A stretch of DNA of 47,062 nt from Trichinella spiralis (taxonomy: Eukaryota). The position numbers and the translations under genes are program-made. The notes beneath the pieces were generated by a model, which ran no database searches, had not been told where the DNA came from, and saw only the letters and a program-made list of their open reading frames with translations. The stretch covers positions 8,375,612-8,422,673 of the forward strand of contig NW_003526941.1 in assembly GCF_000181795.1 (NCBI RefSeq), given 5' to 3'. This document shows positions 11,661 to 24,900 of the stretch, piece by piece (position 1 is the first letter of the stretch; each line of letters starts with the position of its first letter).

Positions 11661-12864
11661 GTTTGGACGGTTGAAATTTAGAAAAACAGCGAACCAATAT
11701 GAAGTAAGCAAACGAAGAGCTGAACTTTCTTCGATCACAACCGATAGCGAGAAGCGAACTCACTGACCTGCGGATTTCAATCTACAATACAATGACAAGC
11801 TGTACTGTAGCATGAAAAAAAGGTACAAACATCAATTTTTTCAACATTATTTGCTTTATATTGGTGTAAATAATTTTTTTAATATAAATTAACAATCTGT
11901 TTGAATTATTAGAGAATTTTTACTGTTTATTATTTTTAAAATCTTCATTTAATAAATTCAAATTGAGAACAATGGCGTACTGTAATCTAATTTTAAATAT
12001 AAGTGTACGGCACCTTTTCGTGACAATGCTGTGACAAATGAAAAAAATTTTACATTAATTTATGCGTTAATGTGATAATAAAAAATTTTTGTACAAAATC
12101 ACTTTGAAGAAGAACAGTAGTATAGTGTTGTGGAAGTCCATTTGTACGTTATTTTACATACACTACTTTGCTTTGAATTGCTTTTAAATAAATGCATCTT
12201 TAAATAGTTGATCTGTAGCTAATTGTTTTATGATTAAACAACATTTTTGAATGTTACGCTACATCCGTAATGATTCATAAGATAAAATGAACCTAACCGG
12301 TAATGATATTTTGTTAAATGTTTCGGCTGGGATACTACTTATAATAGGCGTTTGCTTAAAATTTCTTCTTAATTTACTATTAAAANTTGCGTTTTTCAAG
12401 ATTTAAAGTTGTAAATTTTTTTCTTTCTGCACTACTGACCTGCCGCTTTTTCTTTTTACAAACAGCATATGTGAAGTGCTTGTAATAAGAATATTTTTTC
12501 CNCACTTTTTTTGTCTTATTTGAGAATTGTTTAAATGTTTTTGAAATGAAATTTTTAGCTAATACGAAGCATGATACAAATCTTTCACGGTTTATTATTC
12601 TTAAACTGAAGATGATTTCGATCTCGCCATTAGGTTATGAACTTTATCAGTTTGGTCTGTATGATTAGTGATTTTTGNATTANGAAATCAGTCAGTGCTT
12701 AGGTAATTTGTCTGAGTCATGAATGAACAATTTTTTTACCTTAATTTATTACCAAACTTGATACTGCTGTTCCCGTTTTAGATATAAGTACATGATTTTA
12801 AATTGACATTTATAATGCATACATATTTAGATGTGAATGAAATTTGATTTGAATTTTGTAAAAG

Positions 12865-14689
12865 ATGGAAAATTCTGGTCACCTGCGTGCATTCAGTACA
12901 ACAGGATTTCGTAAGTAGATTGTTTTGCTGGCTAATTTTATATCAGTAATAATTGAATAATTAAATAGGTAATGCGGAATTTAGTAAAGTTTGGTTTACG
13001 TTTACTTTAATTGGCTCGTGTATTGCAGTGGCGTCATCTCATGTCCAATCTTTGGTCTGGTTCAGTGATGAATCATATTTTCAAGTAGATGCTTTTGAAA
13101 AATAAAGGTTTAATTGAAAATTTTTGATAAAAAAATATTTCAGTTCTGGAAAACGATTCTGTCAAAGCTGTTTTTCGTGAATAGCGGTCAGCTGATTGCT
13201 GCGTGTATTTTGATTTATTGGTTTAGAACATTGGAGCGTTTGCTGGGCACCAAAAAGCTCATCGTATGTTTGCCAACCTTATTTTTTTTCATTTTATTTT
13301 CTGCTATTGTAAATTAGTTTTGTAAAATTTTAATCATGCATAATCAAGATCAGTTGCATTGAATTCACTGTTCATTTACTTTTATTACGTTGAAATATAA
13401 AAACTCATTTAAATGTTTATAATTATAGTTTAATATTATAATTATGGAATATAATTGCAATATTTTATTTAACTTATTAATGCAAAGATCTTCATTTATT
13501 GTCTGTACTTGTAATTTGTTCAAATCAGATTAGAGGTTTTAAAATTTATTGTTAAATTAAGGTTGTTTTTTTTCAAATATTTTAATAATATTTAATGACG
13601 ATTTTAGAATTTCCTGTTAATAACAGGAATTGGAGAATTTATTTTGGAAATCACGATCTTTCACATAGCAAAGCGTCTTGATTATAATCTACCGCTTTCT
13701 CATCTGTTTAATGGGCCGTATGTTAATTTAACCTTGAGTTCATTTTAAACGATCACAACATAATATAACAGAAAGGAATTTTTAGTTACGGTGCTCTGAC
13801 CAGCTGTTTTCTATTTTATGCCAAAGCTACCTCCGTTAATGTCAGCTTTATCATTTGGAAAGCACCATTTTCGCTTGTTCTCTACCCATTGTTTGTTTAT
13901 TTACAGGTAAATGCAGGAAATTTGCATTTGTAAGTTTCCAGAAGTGATTCTGTGCATGTTTCAGTTGATTATTGGTGATTTGTGGACATCGATTTTGCCT
14001 GCACTTTGTGCAACGGTAAGTGGCAACAGCAAAGGGCAAGTGAAATATTTACGAAAAGCATCTTTCACGCAGTAATACTTTTAGATCCCTACAGTGCTCT
14101 ATTTGGCAAATGTTTTCAACGTTCAGAAAATGTCTTTCATAAGCGACGGTCTGGCATCCAAGGCGCATCGTCTCACTAGTGAAATTTTGCATATTGGGGA
14201 AGATCGTCAAGGTATACTGTTGCCAATGGGCGCCACTGCAGAGCTTCAACGTCAGAGAATGTACGAGCACTTGGAAGAGCAGCAAATAATTCGGCAGATG
14301 ATCAATCAGAGAAACGATGTAAGATTATTCATATTTGAAACTGTGATGAATGCTTTGTTTCTCTTCTTCTTCTTTGAATACTTTACAAATAGTAATGATT
14401 GTATTTATTATTAATAATTGCGTTCGCTCTTTTTGTTCAGGATTTGCAGCACAACGTTCAGCCCCTGGTAGCTGGAAGTCGTTGGTTGCAGAGTATTTTT
14501 CGTCGTGATAACATTGGAACAGCAGAAAGGTCATCGAACGATGTGGTGGATGAAGAACGAGTTGCTACGTTGATCAGTATGGGTTTTACCAATCGCAGAC
14601 GCGTTATTCAAGTATTAAATAACGTGAGAAATGACATTAATATAGCCGCATTGATCTTATCAGAGGAAGCTTCTTCTTCACGTGGTTGA
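12865..14689 (+). CDS. UBAC2: Ubiquitin-associated domain-containing protein 2 (rhomboid-like pseudoprotease with C-terminal UBA), ~348 aa, 8 exons
   Basis: Exons 12865-12910, 12969-13084, 13144-13263, 13608-13717, 13786-13906, 13965-14015, 14085-14318, 14441-14689 (1047 nt, in phase). Motifs TGFRNAEFSK, FQFWK, LIYWFRTLERLLGTKK, GPYG, PMGATAELQRQ, and UBA VDEERVATLISMGF...NDINIAALIL. Confidence 0.88.
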
Positions 14690-14960
14690 ATGTTATTTTA
14701 TTTTAACATTAAACCAACTATTAATGTCTATAATCTTTTCAGTAAAGCTTGTAATTTTTAATAGTCGCTCCATTAAGTCATAAGAATTTTTCATTTCATC
14801 CATAATTGTTTTCAACCTTGATTTTCATTAATTGTATGTCATATCATTGCGAACTGATTAACGTGTAATTTTAACGTGTGATTTTAGTTATTTTTTACGC
14901 ACATTGACAACGTTTAAATTGAATGTTGAAAAATCACAATTCAATTTATTGCACTGAATA

Positions 14961-16372
14961 TTACAAAGCACATTGCCAAAGCGAAACTGTTCTATCATCA
15001 CTGCAAGATGCTAATAAACCCATTTTCACTGGGTTCCATGCTATACTGTTCACATCGGCATTATGGGCATTGTCTATTTTTTGAATCAAATGGAAATTAT
15101 CTTCATCGCGTTCACTTTCAAATTGGAAAAGACGAATATTATTGTCACCACAGGCAGTTGCAATCAAATCCAACTTTGAGCACCTAAAAAAATGAAACAA
15201 CTGCAGAATAACCTGTGCAAAAAAGTATTCGATTCTGCACAAACCAATCAATGTCAAAGATAGGTCGTTCATGATATCCATTCAGAGTACATACGCATTG
15301 CCATTTTGCCGTTTTCTCTTCAGAATTCCTTTTCCATATTTTCACAGTGCGATCGTCGCTGCATGTACAAAAGTAATTTCCCGAGCCATTGAATGACAGT
15401 GACCAGACTGTAGAAGTATGCTCTTCCAAGCTTTGTTTTACATTCCATTCTTCCGCATCAAACTCATACAGTTGAATGGAATTGTCATAGCTGGTTGAAG
15501 CCAAAATCTTTTTCAACAAAAATCAGCTCAAAAAAACTGCACAGTTGATTTATTATTCTGTTACTTCTTCATAGGGATGCCACTGTACACGTTTCACGTC
15601 CTGACTATGTTTCGTAATTACGTGTAATAATTGTAATTCTTCTTCCTCATCCACTGCATCAAAAAAAGAAGAAATTCAATAATTGCACAGAATATGAACT
15701 ATTTTTCAGCTTAACCCACTTTCCCATATCCATACAGCTTTATCACGTCCGCATGTTGCTAGAAATCTGCCGCAGCTTGACCAAGCACAACATTTTACTT
15801 CATTCTCGTGTGCATCAACTTTGGCCAGATACGTAAACTCGAAACTTAAAGCAAACAGCACATGTTGAATGCAAACTGATTTTAATTTGTTCAAATCGCT
15901 GCCAAGAATACAAAGTATGCTTGCTCAGAACAATCAAATAAAAAATTACTCTTTCCATTTGTAAATACTTGTCAATGAATCGAATCCGGCTGCAGCTAAA
16001 TAACGTCCACATGGTGAAAATGCAACGGAACGAACCGTACGTTGGTGAACATCTTCAAAAACTGATTTGCATACCCAGTCATTTCCTGAAATACTGCATT
16101 ACTGCATACTTTACGATGAAGTAAGTGATGAAGGGAAATCGGAATCTAGCATTTCAGCATTTCTTTCCTAATTCTTGGTTAACATAAAAAGATTCCTCGG
16201 GGAAGTATTGAAATAAAAATGCTCGACGAAACTAACCTTCCTGTGCCCATAAGCGAACGGTACAGTCAGCTGAACTTGATGCAAGAATTTTACCGTTTGG
16301 ATGCCAGGCAACGCACCAAACTATGCTTTTGTGACCATTCAAAGTACACACTTTCTGTAATTTCCCGGGCAT
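14961..16372 (-). CDS. CIAO1: Cytosolic iron-sulfur assembly WD40 protein CIAO1/Cia1, ~323 aa, 6 exons
   Basis: Exons 16372-16237, 16085-15950, 15844-15720, 15653-15565, 15507-15245, 15183-14961 (972 nt). CIAO1 signatures [93 protein letters not shown]. Confidence 0.95.
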
Positions 16373-17005
16373 TGTTGGTTCTGTGAAAAAAATGAAATAC
16401 GAAATGCACGAACTGTATGAATAATAATACTGTTGGAGATAATTTGCAAAAACATATTTCACATGTAAGAATATAATTAATTTAACCAAAGTAGTGATTT
16501 GCGCGAAAGAATATGTACTGATTATAAATTTTTTAAGTAAATTTTATCCAAGTAAATATGTTAGATTATTTTATTTTTATTCATTTGTTTGGCATGCTGT
16601 AGATTTGCAAGTTCAACGGTATAACAATGCAACACACTTATTCATTTATTGGACATGCTGTAGATGTGCAAGGTCAAATGCATGTTAAGTCATACAGTTA
16701 GCAGTCGCTGTCAGCAGATTAGAAATGAATGTTTGTAGAAGTTTTAAAATTATAAAATTTCAAATAAAAAAGCATCCATACAATGTTATAAAATATATAA
16801 TACAAATACAGCAATATGAAATAAAAATAATACACTTTTTGTAAGTTTAAAGTGAACGAGGTTCACAGTGAACTTTTCAACTACTGAGCAATGAAGTCAA
16901 AAGAAGAAAAACATCCTATATTGTCGTTGTGATCTTGCTTTTCACGAAATGCATACTGTAACAGTGCGAGATGCGGTGCTGTTGTGTTGATTGTTGAGCT
17001 AGCGA

Positions 17006-18948
17006 ATGAACGAAGCAGAGCAGTCGCCTGCCAGCAGGACAGCGATGAAATGCTCTGACCAAATAGCACGATGCCGTTCGCGGACGTTCAGCCACAACAC
17101 CCCTGAATGTGAAGGTACGAAATCCGCTCGCCAGCCACTTCCGCCTGGACACAACCATATGCAAAGGTTTCGCAAGCGCCACGGCAGTGGTGGCGGATGT
17201 ATGCGTGCAAAGCGTGAACGAATTGAGCTGCCCACTAAGTTTCTGCTCGGTGGGAACATCAACGATCCGTTGAATTTGGGCGGCTTAGCTTCAACGGGTG
17301 AATCGAACAGTTTGGAAGTGAGTTGTTTATGCACGGCGCGATTCATTTGTACCTGTGAATCAAATTTATGAATTTGAATTATTATTTTCTTTTATCAGTA
17401 TTTTTTGAAAGGTTTTGTACTATAGTTGAAATAATGTATAATTTAATTTTTTAAAAATATTTTTAGCCATCGCCGGCCGCTTCGCCAAATAAAATTAACG
17501 ATGCTATTGATATTATAATTCCAAAAAATCCGAAAGATCCGTTGAATTTGGACAACGATTTGGAAATTGTTGCAAGTCACAAGCGGTATCGAAAACGGAA
17601 ACGCCATTCAAGCTTTAAGCTCGACGAAGGCAGTTCACTATTGGTGTGTGTACAGTTGTTTGTTGTTGGATTTTTACTTTTAATTTTAATATGTCTATTT
17701 GTTTGTAGCGAGATGAAGCATCGCAAAGAAGCCACGATGCGGACTCTTCTTCGGCTTGCAAATCAGTGAATTCGTCGTCGTCGAAAATAAATTGTGATCC
17801 CGTCGTTTCGCCTGTTGTTGATGCTCCTTGTTCCAGCAGTACAATTACTGAAACTCCTACTGGTCAGTTGAGGAGCGACACGCCCGGCATGAAGCCTGAT
17901 GCTGCTGCTGCTTCTGCTGCTGTGAAAAAGGAAATGAGTAAAGAGAAGAGCCGATTTCGATATGGCAATTATACATCATATTACAGCAAGCGATCGCTTA
18001 GTTTCGATGCGAACATTGCAGATCCTCGTTTGAATCTTTTGGAAAAAGAATGGTTTTTCAACAAAAATGTTCTTGATATTGGTTGCAACAGCGGTCAGCT
18101 AACTCTTGCTGTTGGGAAAAAATTTTCCCCCAATGTTATTGTTGGCATTGATATCGACTCCGCTTTAATTGGCCACGCGAGGAGGAATCAGCGTTTGGCT
18201 ATGGACAAAAATTTGTTGAGCAAAATGAATTTGAAATTCCCTTCGTCATTTTCAAGAACCTACGGACCGTTGTCGGCGCCTCCGGAACCGAAATTCACGA
18301 AAAAATTTCCAGAAAATGTCTTTTTCAGGGTATTTACACTGTTCGATTCAAGGAAAACAGCAGTCGGGTTGGTTAATTTTACCGTATTATTTTTTTTTAT
18401 AGCAGATGAATTATGTTCTTTCATCGGATGCATTTTTGGAATATGAAAAAGCCGAATATGATACAGTGATGGCGTTCAGCATTACCAAATGGATACATCT
18501 GAACTGGGGTGACGAAGGTATAAAAAGATTTTTCAAGAGAGTATATTTAAATTTGAAACCCGGTGGTCGTCTGCTGCTCGAACCGCAAGCATTTTCATCT
18601 TACGCAAAGCGACGTGGACTTTGTGTAAAAATATTTGACTTTTTGCAACATTTATTTTTTATGATAAACTTTTTCCTACTTGTTTTAGCAAGAAATTTAT
18701 GATAATTACAAAAGTATCACTCTGATGCCCGATGAATTTCCCAAATATTTGACTAGTGCCGAGGTCGGTTTTGCTTCATACCGCACTGTTGGTATATCAC
18801 GTTACAAAAGCAAAGGTTTACAAATTCGTATATTGTTCATCGCTTATTTCGGTTGCATTTCAAATAATTTCATTTTTCAGGTTTTCAACGGCCCATACTT
18901 CTTTTTGAAAAAAATGGTGAGCCTGAGAAATCTGTTGACCAAAAGTAA
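17006..18948 (+). CDS. MEPCE: 7SK snRNA methylphosphate capping enzyme / Bin3-type SAM methyltransferase, ~507 aa, 6 exons
   Basis: Exons 17006-17317, 17467-17643, 17709-18329, 18406 (or 18403)-18624, 18689-18815, 18881-18948. Motifs [93 protein letters not shown]. Confidence 0.95.
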
Positions 18949-21900
18949 CATTATTCTAAATTTTGTGATGTCTCTGTAGCCAGAACGGCTTTTTTTTATT
19001 GTATCTATCTTTTTCAAATAAATTTGTACGAAGAAAGCAGTAAATGAAATTAATTGTAAATTGTATGATTTGACTTTTTCTTTTTGATGAAAATGAAGCA
19101 AATTTTTCTTTTTAAACGAAAATTGTAGAAAAGACGGACAACTGTGCAGTGTTGTTGGTTGGTATAGTAAAAAAACATGGAAATATTTGCAAGTTTTTTG
19201 TTTTGTTATTCAAAATATGCTAAAATTTGTGTCAAATAGTCTTCTCCTTCAATAGAGAAAGATTTTGAAGCTTAATTATCATCAAGTACAGTTGACGTAC
19301 GAAATTTGCATAAAGATGCTTTCCGTTATTTAACAGTTGCACTAGTAAGTAAACACTAGTGCAGTTTTTGTCCGTCGCAGTCGAAGAAAGTCTCATATCA
19401 TGTGCGGCTTGTTTTCTTTTTGCAGTACTAATTTTTGTGTTTATCTTACATTTATTCCTATTTGTGCCAAACTTGTTAGACGTTTTATACTTTCTTCGTC
19501 CAATATTAAACCACATAATGCTGTAGAAATGAGGTAAGGCTTTTTTGAAAAATATTTTCAATCATCTCTTTTGCAGACGTTGTCATTTTATTCACTGATT
19601 TTGAATAAAAAGGAAACTTTTTTCAGTAAGGTTCAGTTGCAAAACTTTTCCATTTAGTTTATTTAATATTTTGTCTTCAAACAGTATTTGACAAATTTTC
19701 ATCCTTGGTATACTGTAAATTTTATAGAAAATTTTACAAATTGAAATCAATGAACATTGTAATATTTGTCATGCTAAGTTCATTCGTCGACTAACAACAC
19801 TAGTTGAAGTGTGATTGGAAAATAAGAAAAGGGTAGGAGGAACTTTTATTATTTTTTTGTATCCCACGTGAAACTGAAGAATTTGCAAGTCAAAGTGAAA
19901 ATTGTTTCAATGCATTTTTGTATTTTTAAAGTGAATCAGCAATTAATCGAAGCAATTTACAGTAAAAGTTTTCGAAATCTTGGCTGCTAAATTGGGACAA
20001 CGTAAGCCAATAACACATTGAATTTTTTTTTCGAAATTGTCATTCTTTTTTCAATTCTGTCGAAAAATAATCAGAACCAAATTTAGAATATTTACTTAAA
20101 ATTTTAAGCAAATAATAAAACAAAATTTTTAATGAAATGTTTTCAAGTTATTGAATTAATTTCCATAATGTTTACAGAAATGTTCATAAAGTACAACATC
20201 AACAGTAATTCAAATTTTGTCCCAGTTTCTGCAATGCAGGTATTGTTTTTTTTTATAATTTACCAAGTCGGCAATCCTTGTTTGTAAATCAATTCTACAG
20301 TACACATCGAATCCACTGTTTCACTTTTAATTTCTGTATTGTTCGACCGAATTTTTTGCTTGTTCATTTATCGATTTTATTTCATCAGCAAAATCAACCA
20401 CGAAGTGGAGAAGATTCGAAGTTTTATTATTTATTAGTCTGCACTTTTCTCGAGATGTAATTTTTTTATGATTTCTTTTCTGAATTTTATTTTGTTGAAT
20501 AGAGTGATTTGATTTGATTTCATTTTCTACTTTTCAATGATGAATTTTACGGTTAATAAACTTTTCACGAGTTTTCAACCGGTAAGAAGTGAAAATCTTT
20601 TAAATCAGGTTGATAGAATTGTACTGAAAGATGAGAACTATTTTTGAATTTCTTCCAGCAGTGCATTCAATTTTTTCTTTCAAAAGTATAAATAAACTGG
20701 TTTCCATTTTCGGGATGTGATGTTAGCTGTGGTTGTTGTTGTTGATTAAAATGAAATAATTAGTATTATTTTCAGTGGTTGTCACTTGAGTGAAGTTCGT
20801 TGAATAATTGGTATATTTGAACTGTATATGCGATGTAAAATGTAAAAATTCAAGCATCACCTTAGTGGCAGTGTATGACTTGCTTGAATGAGGGATGGTA
20901 TATTTTTCGATAACATTGATATTAATTATTTTCTAACGTATATAATTCAAAAATTTTTAAATTACTAAGCGTCTAATAATTGAGAGTGTTTATTGATTTT
21001 TGAACAAAACATTTTTCAAACCAAAACGGTTAAGTAGTACATGAAAATAATTGGAAAATAATTTTTTTTGTTTTTATTTTGAGATTTACTGATTTGTTGA
21101 AATTGATTTACATTGGACTGGCAAGGTGCATGAAATGGAAGAAAACCGGCGATGCTCAATTTTGTGGTGGTCAGTCAGGTTGATTTTCACTGGCAGACAA
21201 TGATGCTGCTGCGGACCGGCTTAACCTGAGGCTTTGTTCATCTAGCTGTTTTGTTCGGTTTATTGTAATTTTTGGTATTTCATGTCGGTCATTTCTACTG
21301 GCGTCGATTGTGCTTGACTTTTTCAACTGATTAATCAACTCGACAGCCATGAATAGCAATTTCAACGACAATGACAGTAAGAAAAGAAATTGGAAAAAAG
21401 AAAAAGAACTCATCATCACCACAGAATTGGCCAATCTCTTTTCACTCTTGAATTCACTACTTGAACTACGAACGACGCTTCTTGATTAAATGCAAATTTT
21501 CTGCTCTGAGGATTTTTGCATATTTTTACCAGCACTGATGAGAAAAGACTGATCACTTTCAAGCTTTTGACAACTGGCATTTCACCACCACCATTTCACA
21601 TGTAAGTAGTATATGAAAGAAAAATTGCACCTCTTGTCGTCGTCTTTTCTTTTCTTCATTACGTAAAACCTTTTCTTCAATCACTCTTCAAAAAAATCAT
21701 TGGCAAAATTGTTTCTTGTAATTCATCTATTTCAGATAATTCATTATATATATATATATTTATTTATATTTTTTTGAATTTCAGTTTTCATTTCACAACT
21801 GCTGATCATCACACACCCGCACTACCACCATCGCTGACAATCATCTACAGTATTCTACTACAACATTTTTCACTACTACTTTTTGGTAAGCATTTATTTA

Positions 21901-24900
21901 TTTATTTGTTTATTTTCTTTTATTCGTTGTTTATCTCCACGTCAGTTGAACAATTGAAGAACAATCACTCAAGTTGAGAATTATCAAATTGTAATCGGCT
22001 GGCTATCAAGGTTACTTTTGTAATTGAGAATATTATTTCTTCATTTCATTTCATCAAAAAATGCTCCAATATGCAACTTGTCAGACTTGTAAATTTGCAT
22101 TTTATCAATTATCCGATGAACGCGATTGCCTTTTTTATTTGTAAATTTCTTTTCACATCTTTCTTCTCAACAGCGATTAGTGAAATAAGTTGTGCTGGAT
22201 GGTTTCTCAAGAATTTGTATTACAAAATGAATATGTGGGCAAGTTTGTGAATTTTTTTAAAATTAAATACTGCAACTGACAATGAACAATAATAAACTTT
22301 TCTTACTGTACTCAACTGTAGGGTAATCTGTGAAAAAAGGCTTTTCTTCTTTTTCTTCTTTATATGCAGGAATGTGGTGGAGTAGATTCTAGTATTGTCG
22401 TTGTTGTTGTTGTTCATTTTCAGATCTTCATTTCAAGTGTGACAAAAGCAGAATTTTTATTTTTTTAATTGATCATAAAAATGGTTGTAATTTTTCAATT
22501 TTTCAAAAATGGTATTGCGAAAAAATTCCAATCGTTTACTTGGAATTTTTTGGAAAATTTCAAATTTGCTCTGTTTTGTTTCTGTTTCTGTTTATTTTTT
22601 ATTTATTTCAAAATGTTTTCTTTTTAAATTTTGAAAACAAAATTAATTTTAACAATTCTATGACGTCTGTTCTATTAACGTAGGCATTGAAAAATTCATC
22701 AAAACTTATATTTACCATGAAAACTACTACTTGATCAATTATCATTTCGAATAGAAAAGATAGGAGAATTTATAATAGCACATTTTTATTATTTTTTCAT
22801 CTCAATACATCAGTATTCAATAGTTTTATGATAATTTGTGAATGATTTATTTTTATAATTTCATTTTAAAATTATGCAATAAATAATAAATGAAGGGTGG
22901 GTAAAAAAGAGGAAAACTGGAGTATTACAACGATAATGAAAATGAATAACAGCAGTTTAAATGAAAGAAATAAAATTTATATTTTATTATTATTATTCTT
23001 TTTATCCCTTTTCACTGATTGATGAGAGAGGTTTGAAAAAAGTGTTGATTGGTAATTGTGATCGTGTGTCAGTTTTTCTTCTTGCTTTATCTTGGGGAAC
23101 ATTGCATAGCATAGTGAAATGTTTGTTTTATGCAAATAAATATTTGTGATTTCTTTTTTATTTTCAATTTCTTCCCTTCCCTACAATTATTATTTTTTTC
23201 ATTGTTTGTTTCCCTGGAATGTCCCTCATAGATTTCAAAATGATACCATCTTCAGCAAGCTAAAGTTGAACGGAATTGCATCATCGATCGGGTTCAGTCG
23301 AACATGCAGCATGGCATTTCTTTTTGCACTGCTCTTTCATTTGCGTTAATTTATAGCATCACTTGTGTTCTGTGTTGCACATGCTTTCTTTATGGTCGAT
23401 TTCATTATTTTTCCTTAATTACAGAAAAAAAAATAATTTTAACTTTCAATCGCAGATCATTTGCATAAAATTTTATTATGTAATGATGGGTAGGTGAAAA
23501 AGTTTCAGTTTGCATTTTGTAAAATTTTTAAGATCTGAACAAAATTTACTCGTATTTATAATTTGATAATATTGATTAATTATGCATTGGAAAATGAGTC
23601 ATTGAAATTATTTGTTCTTCAATTAAAGATAATATACAATTTGGATGAATGGATTTTTTTTGTTTAAAAATAGACACTCTGATGGGAAGCATAACTATTA
23701 TTATGTGCGTATAATCAAGAAATCATTGTTTCAACATAGTCTAATATTTTTTAATTGCAATTATGAATCCAGATTTTTCGCTTGATCAAAGTTTCATTAA
23801 AAATAATAACTATTTCGCTTCATACAAATCGACCTCGTCAATGTAATAATAATGAAGCATTTGTTTTTGTCAACATTTCATATTGATTTTTCTTCACTGT
23901 TGTAATGGCATTCTTCAAGTGAATGAAATTCATTAGTTAATTTTTATTTCATAAATTTGTTTACTGAAAAAATAAATAAAGCAATAATTTTCTATTCGTT
24001 CATTCTATTTGAAAAATGCATTGGTTCTCCTTCTTCTTTTTTTTTTGCGCAGTTTACTTGCGTGCATACTTGAAGCAAAATTTGCGTGACTAAAACTGAG
24101 TTTGTTAATATATTTTTGTTTAATAATATTGATCACACTAGTGCTATACTTTATCGGTACTTCTCTATTTGAGCATGCAACTTCCTTTCTAATTTGGCAT
24201 TTCAATTTATACGTCAATGCGCGTACGTTGTAGATTTAATAAAACAAATAATTTACCCCCTCCCTCTCACCCTCTCCCTCTCTGTGTGTGTCTCTTTTTC
24301 CACATATATATATATATATATACTTTTTTGTTTCAATGTTTAAATGGCATTTTATTATAAAAATGATCATATTTAATGTTAATTATGAATGTAATTCATA
24401 GATGCAAATATATTTTTTTCTTGCAGCTCTATAGCTGTGTTCTTTTTTTTATTCAATTCAATTCACTTGTCGTCATGTAATTATGCGATTTTATAAATGA
24501 ATGTTTCAATACTTTTCAATGTAAATGAGTGATAAAATTTTATCCGTATGGATTAGGAAAATTTACTTTTTTTTATATCTTTTTCTTTTAAATTAACAAT
24601 ACTCACCTCAGGAGGGAATTTCTGTAGGTTTTTTTAATTTTATAAATAAGCTTCTTCTTCTTCTTCTTCTTTCTTTTGAAAATCAACAACTTCATCACCA
24701 ATAATGGAATAGTTATTTTTTGAAAATCATAATGGATAATAAACTACATGCAAAATGCAAATAGCAAAAATGATTGAACGATGGAAATTTTTCAGTTGCT
24801 TTTTTCTCTCAACGTTACATATAATGACTGTATATGAAATGTACTGTTATTATAATGAAAAACGATAGTTTTTATTCACAAGAGTCACTAATTTAATTTG

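Noticed and set aside
12386..12683. Isolated single N bases upstream of UBAC2
   Set aside because: Ambiguous base calls (low coverage or heterozygosity), not a feature.
20848..20889. ATTCAAGCA...TGCTTGAAT hairpin containing the miR-34-like seed TGGCAGTG
   Set aside because: The seed falls in the loop, the stem is too short for a pre-miRNA, and the rest does not match miR-34.
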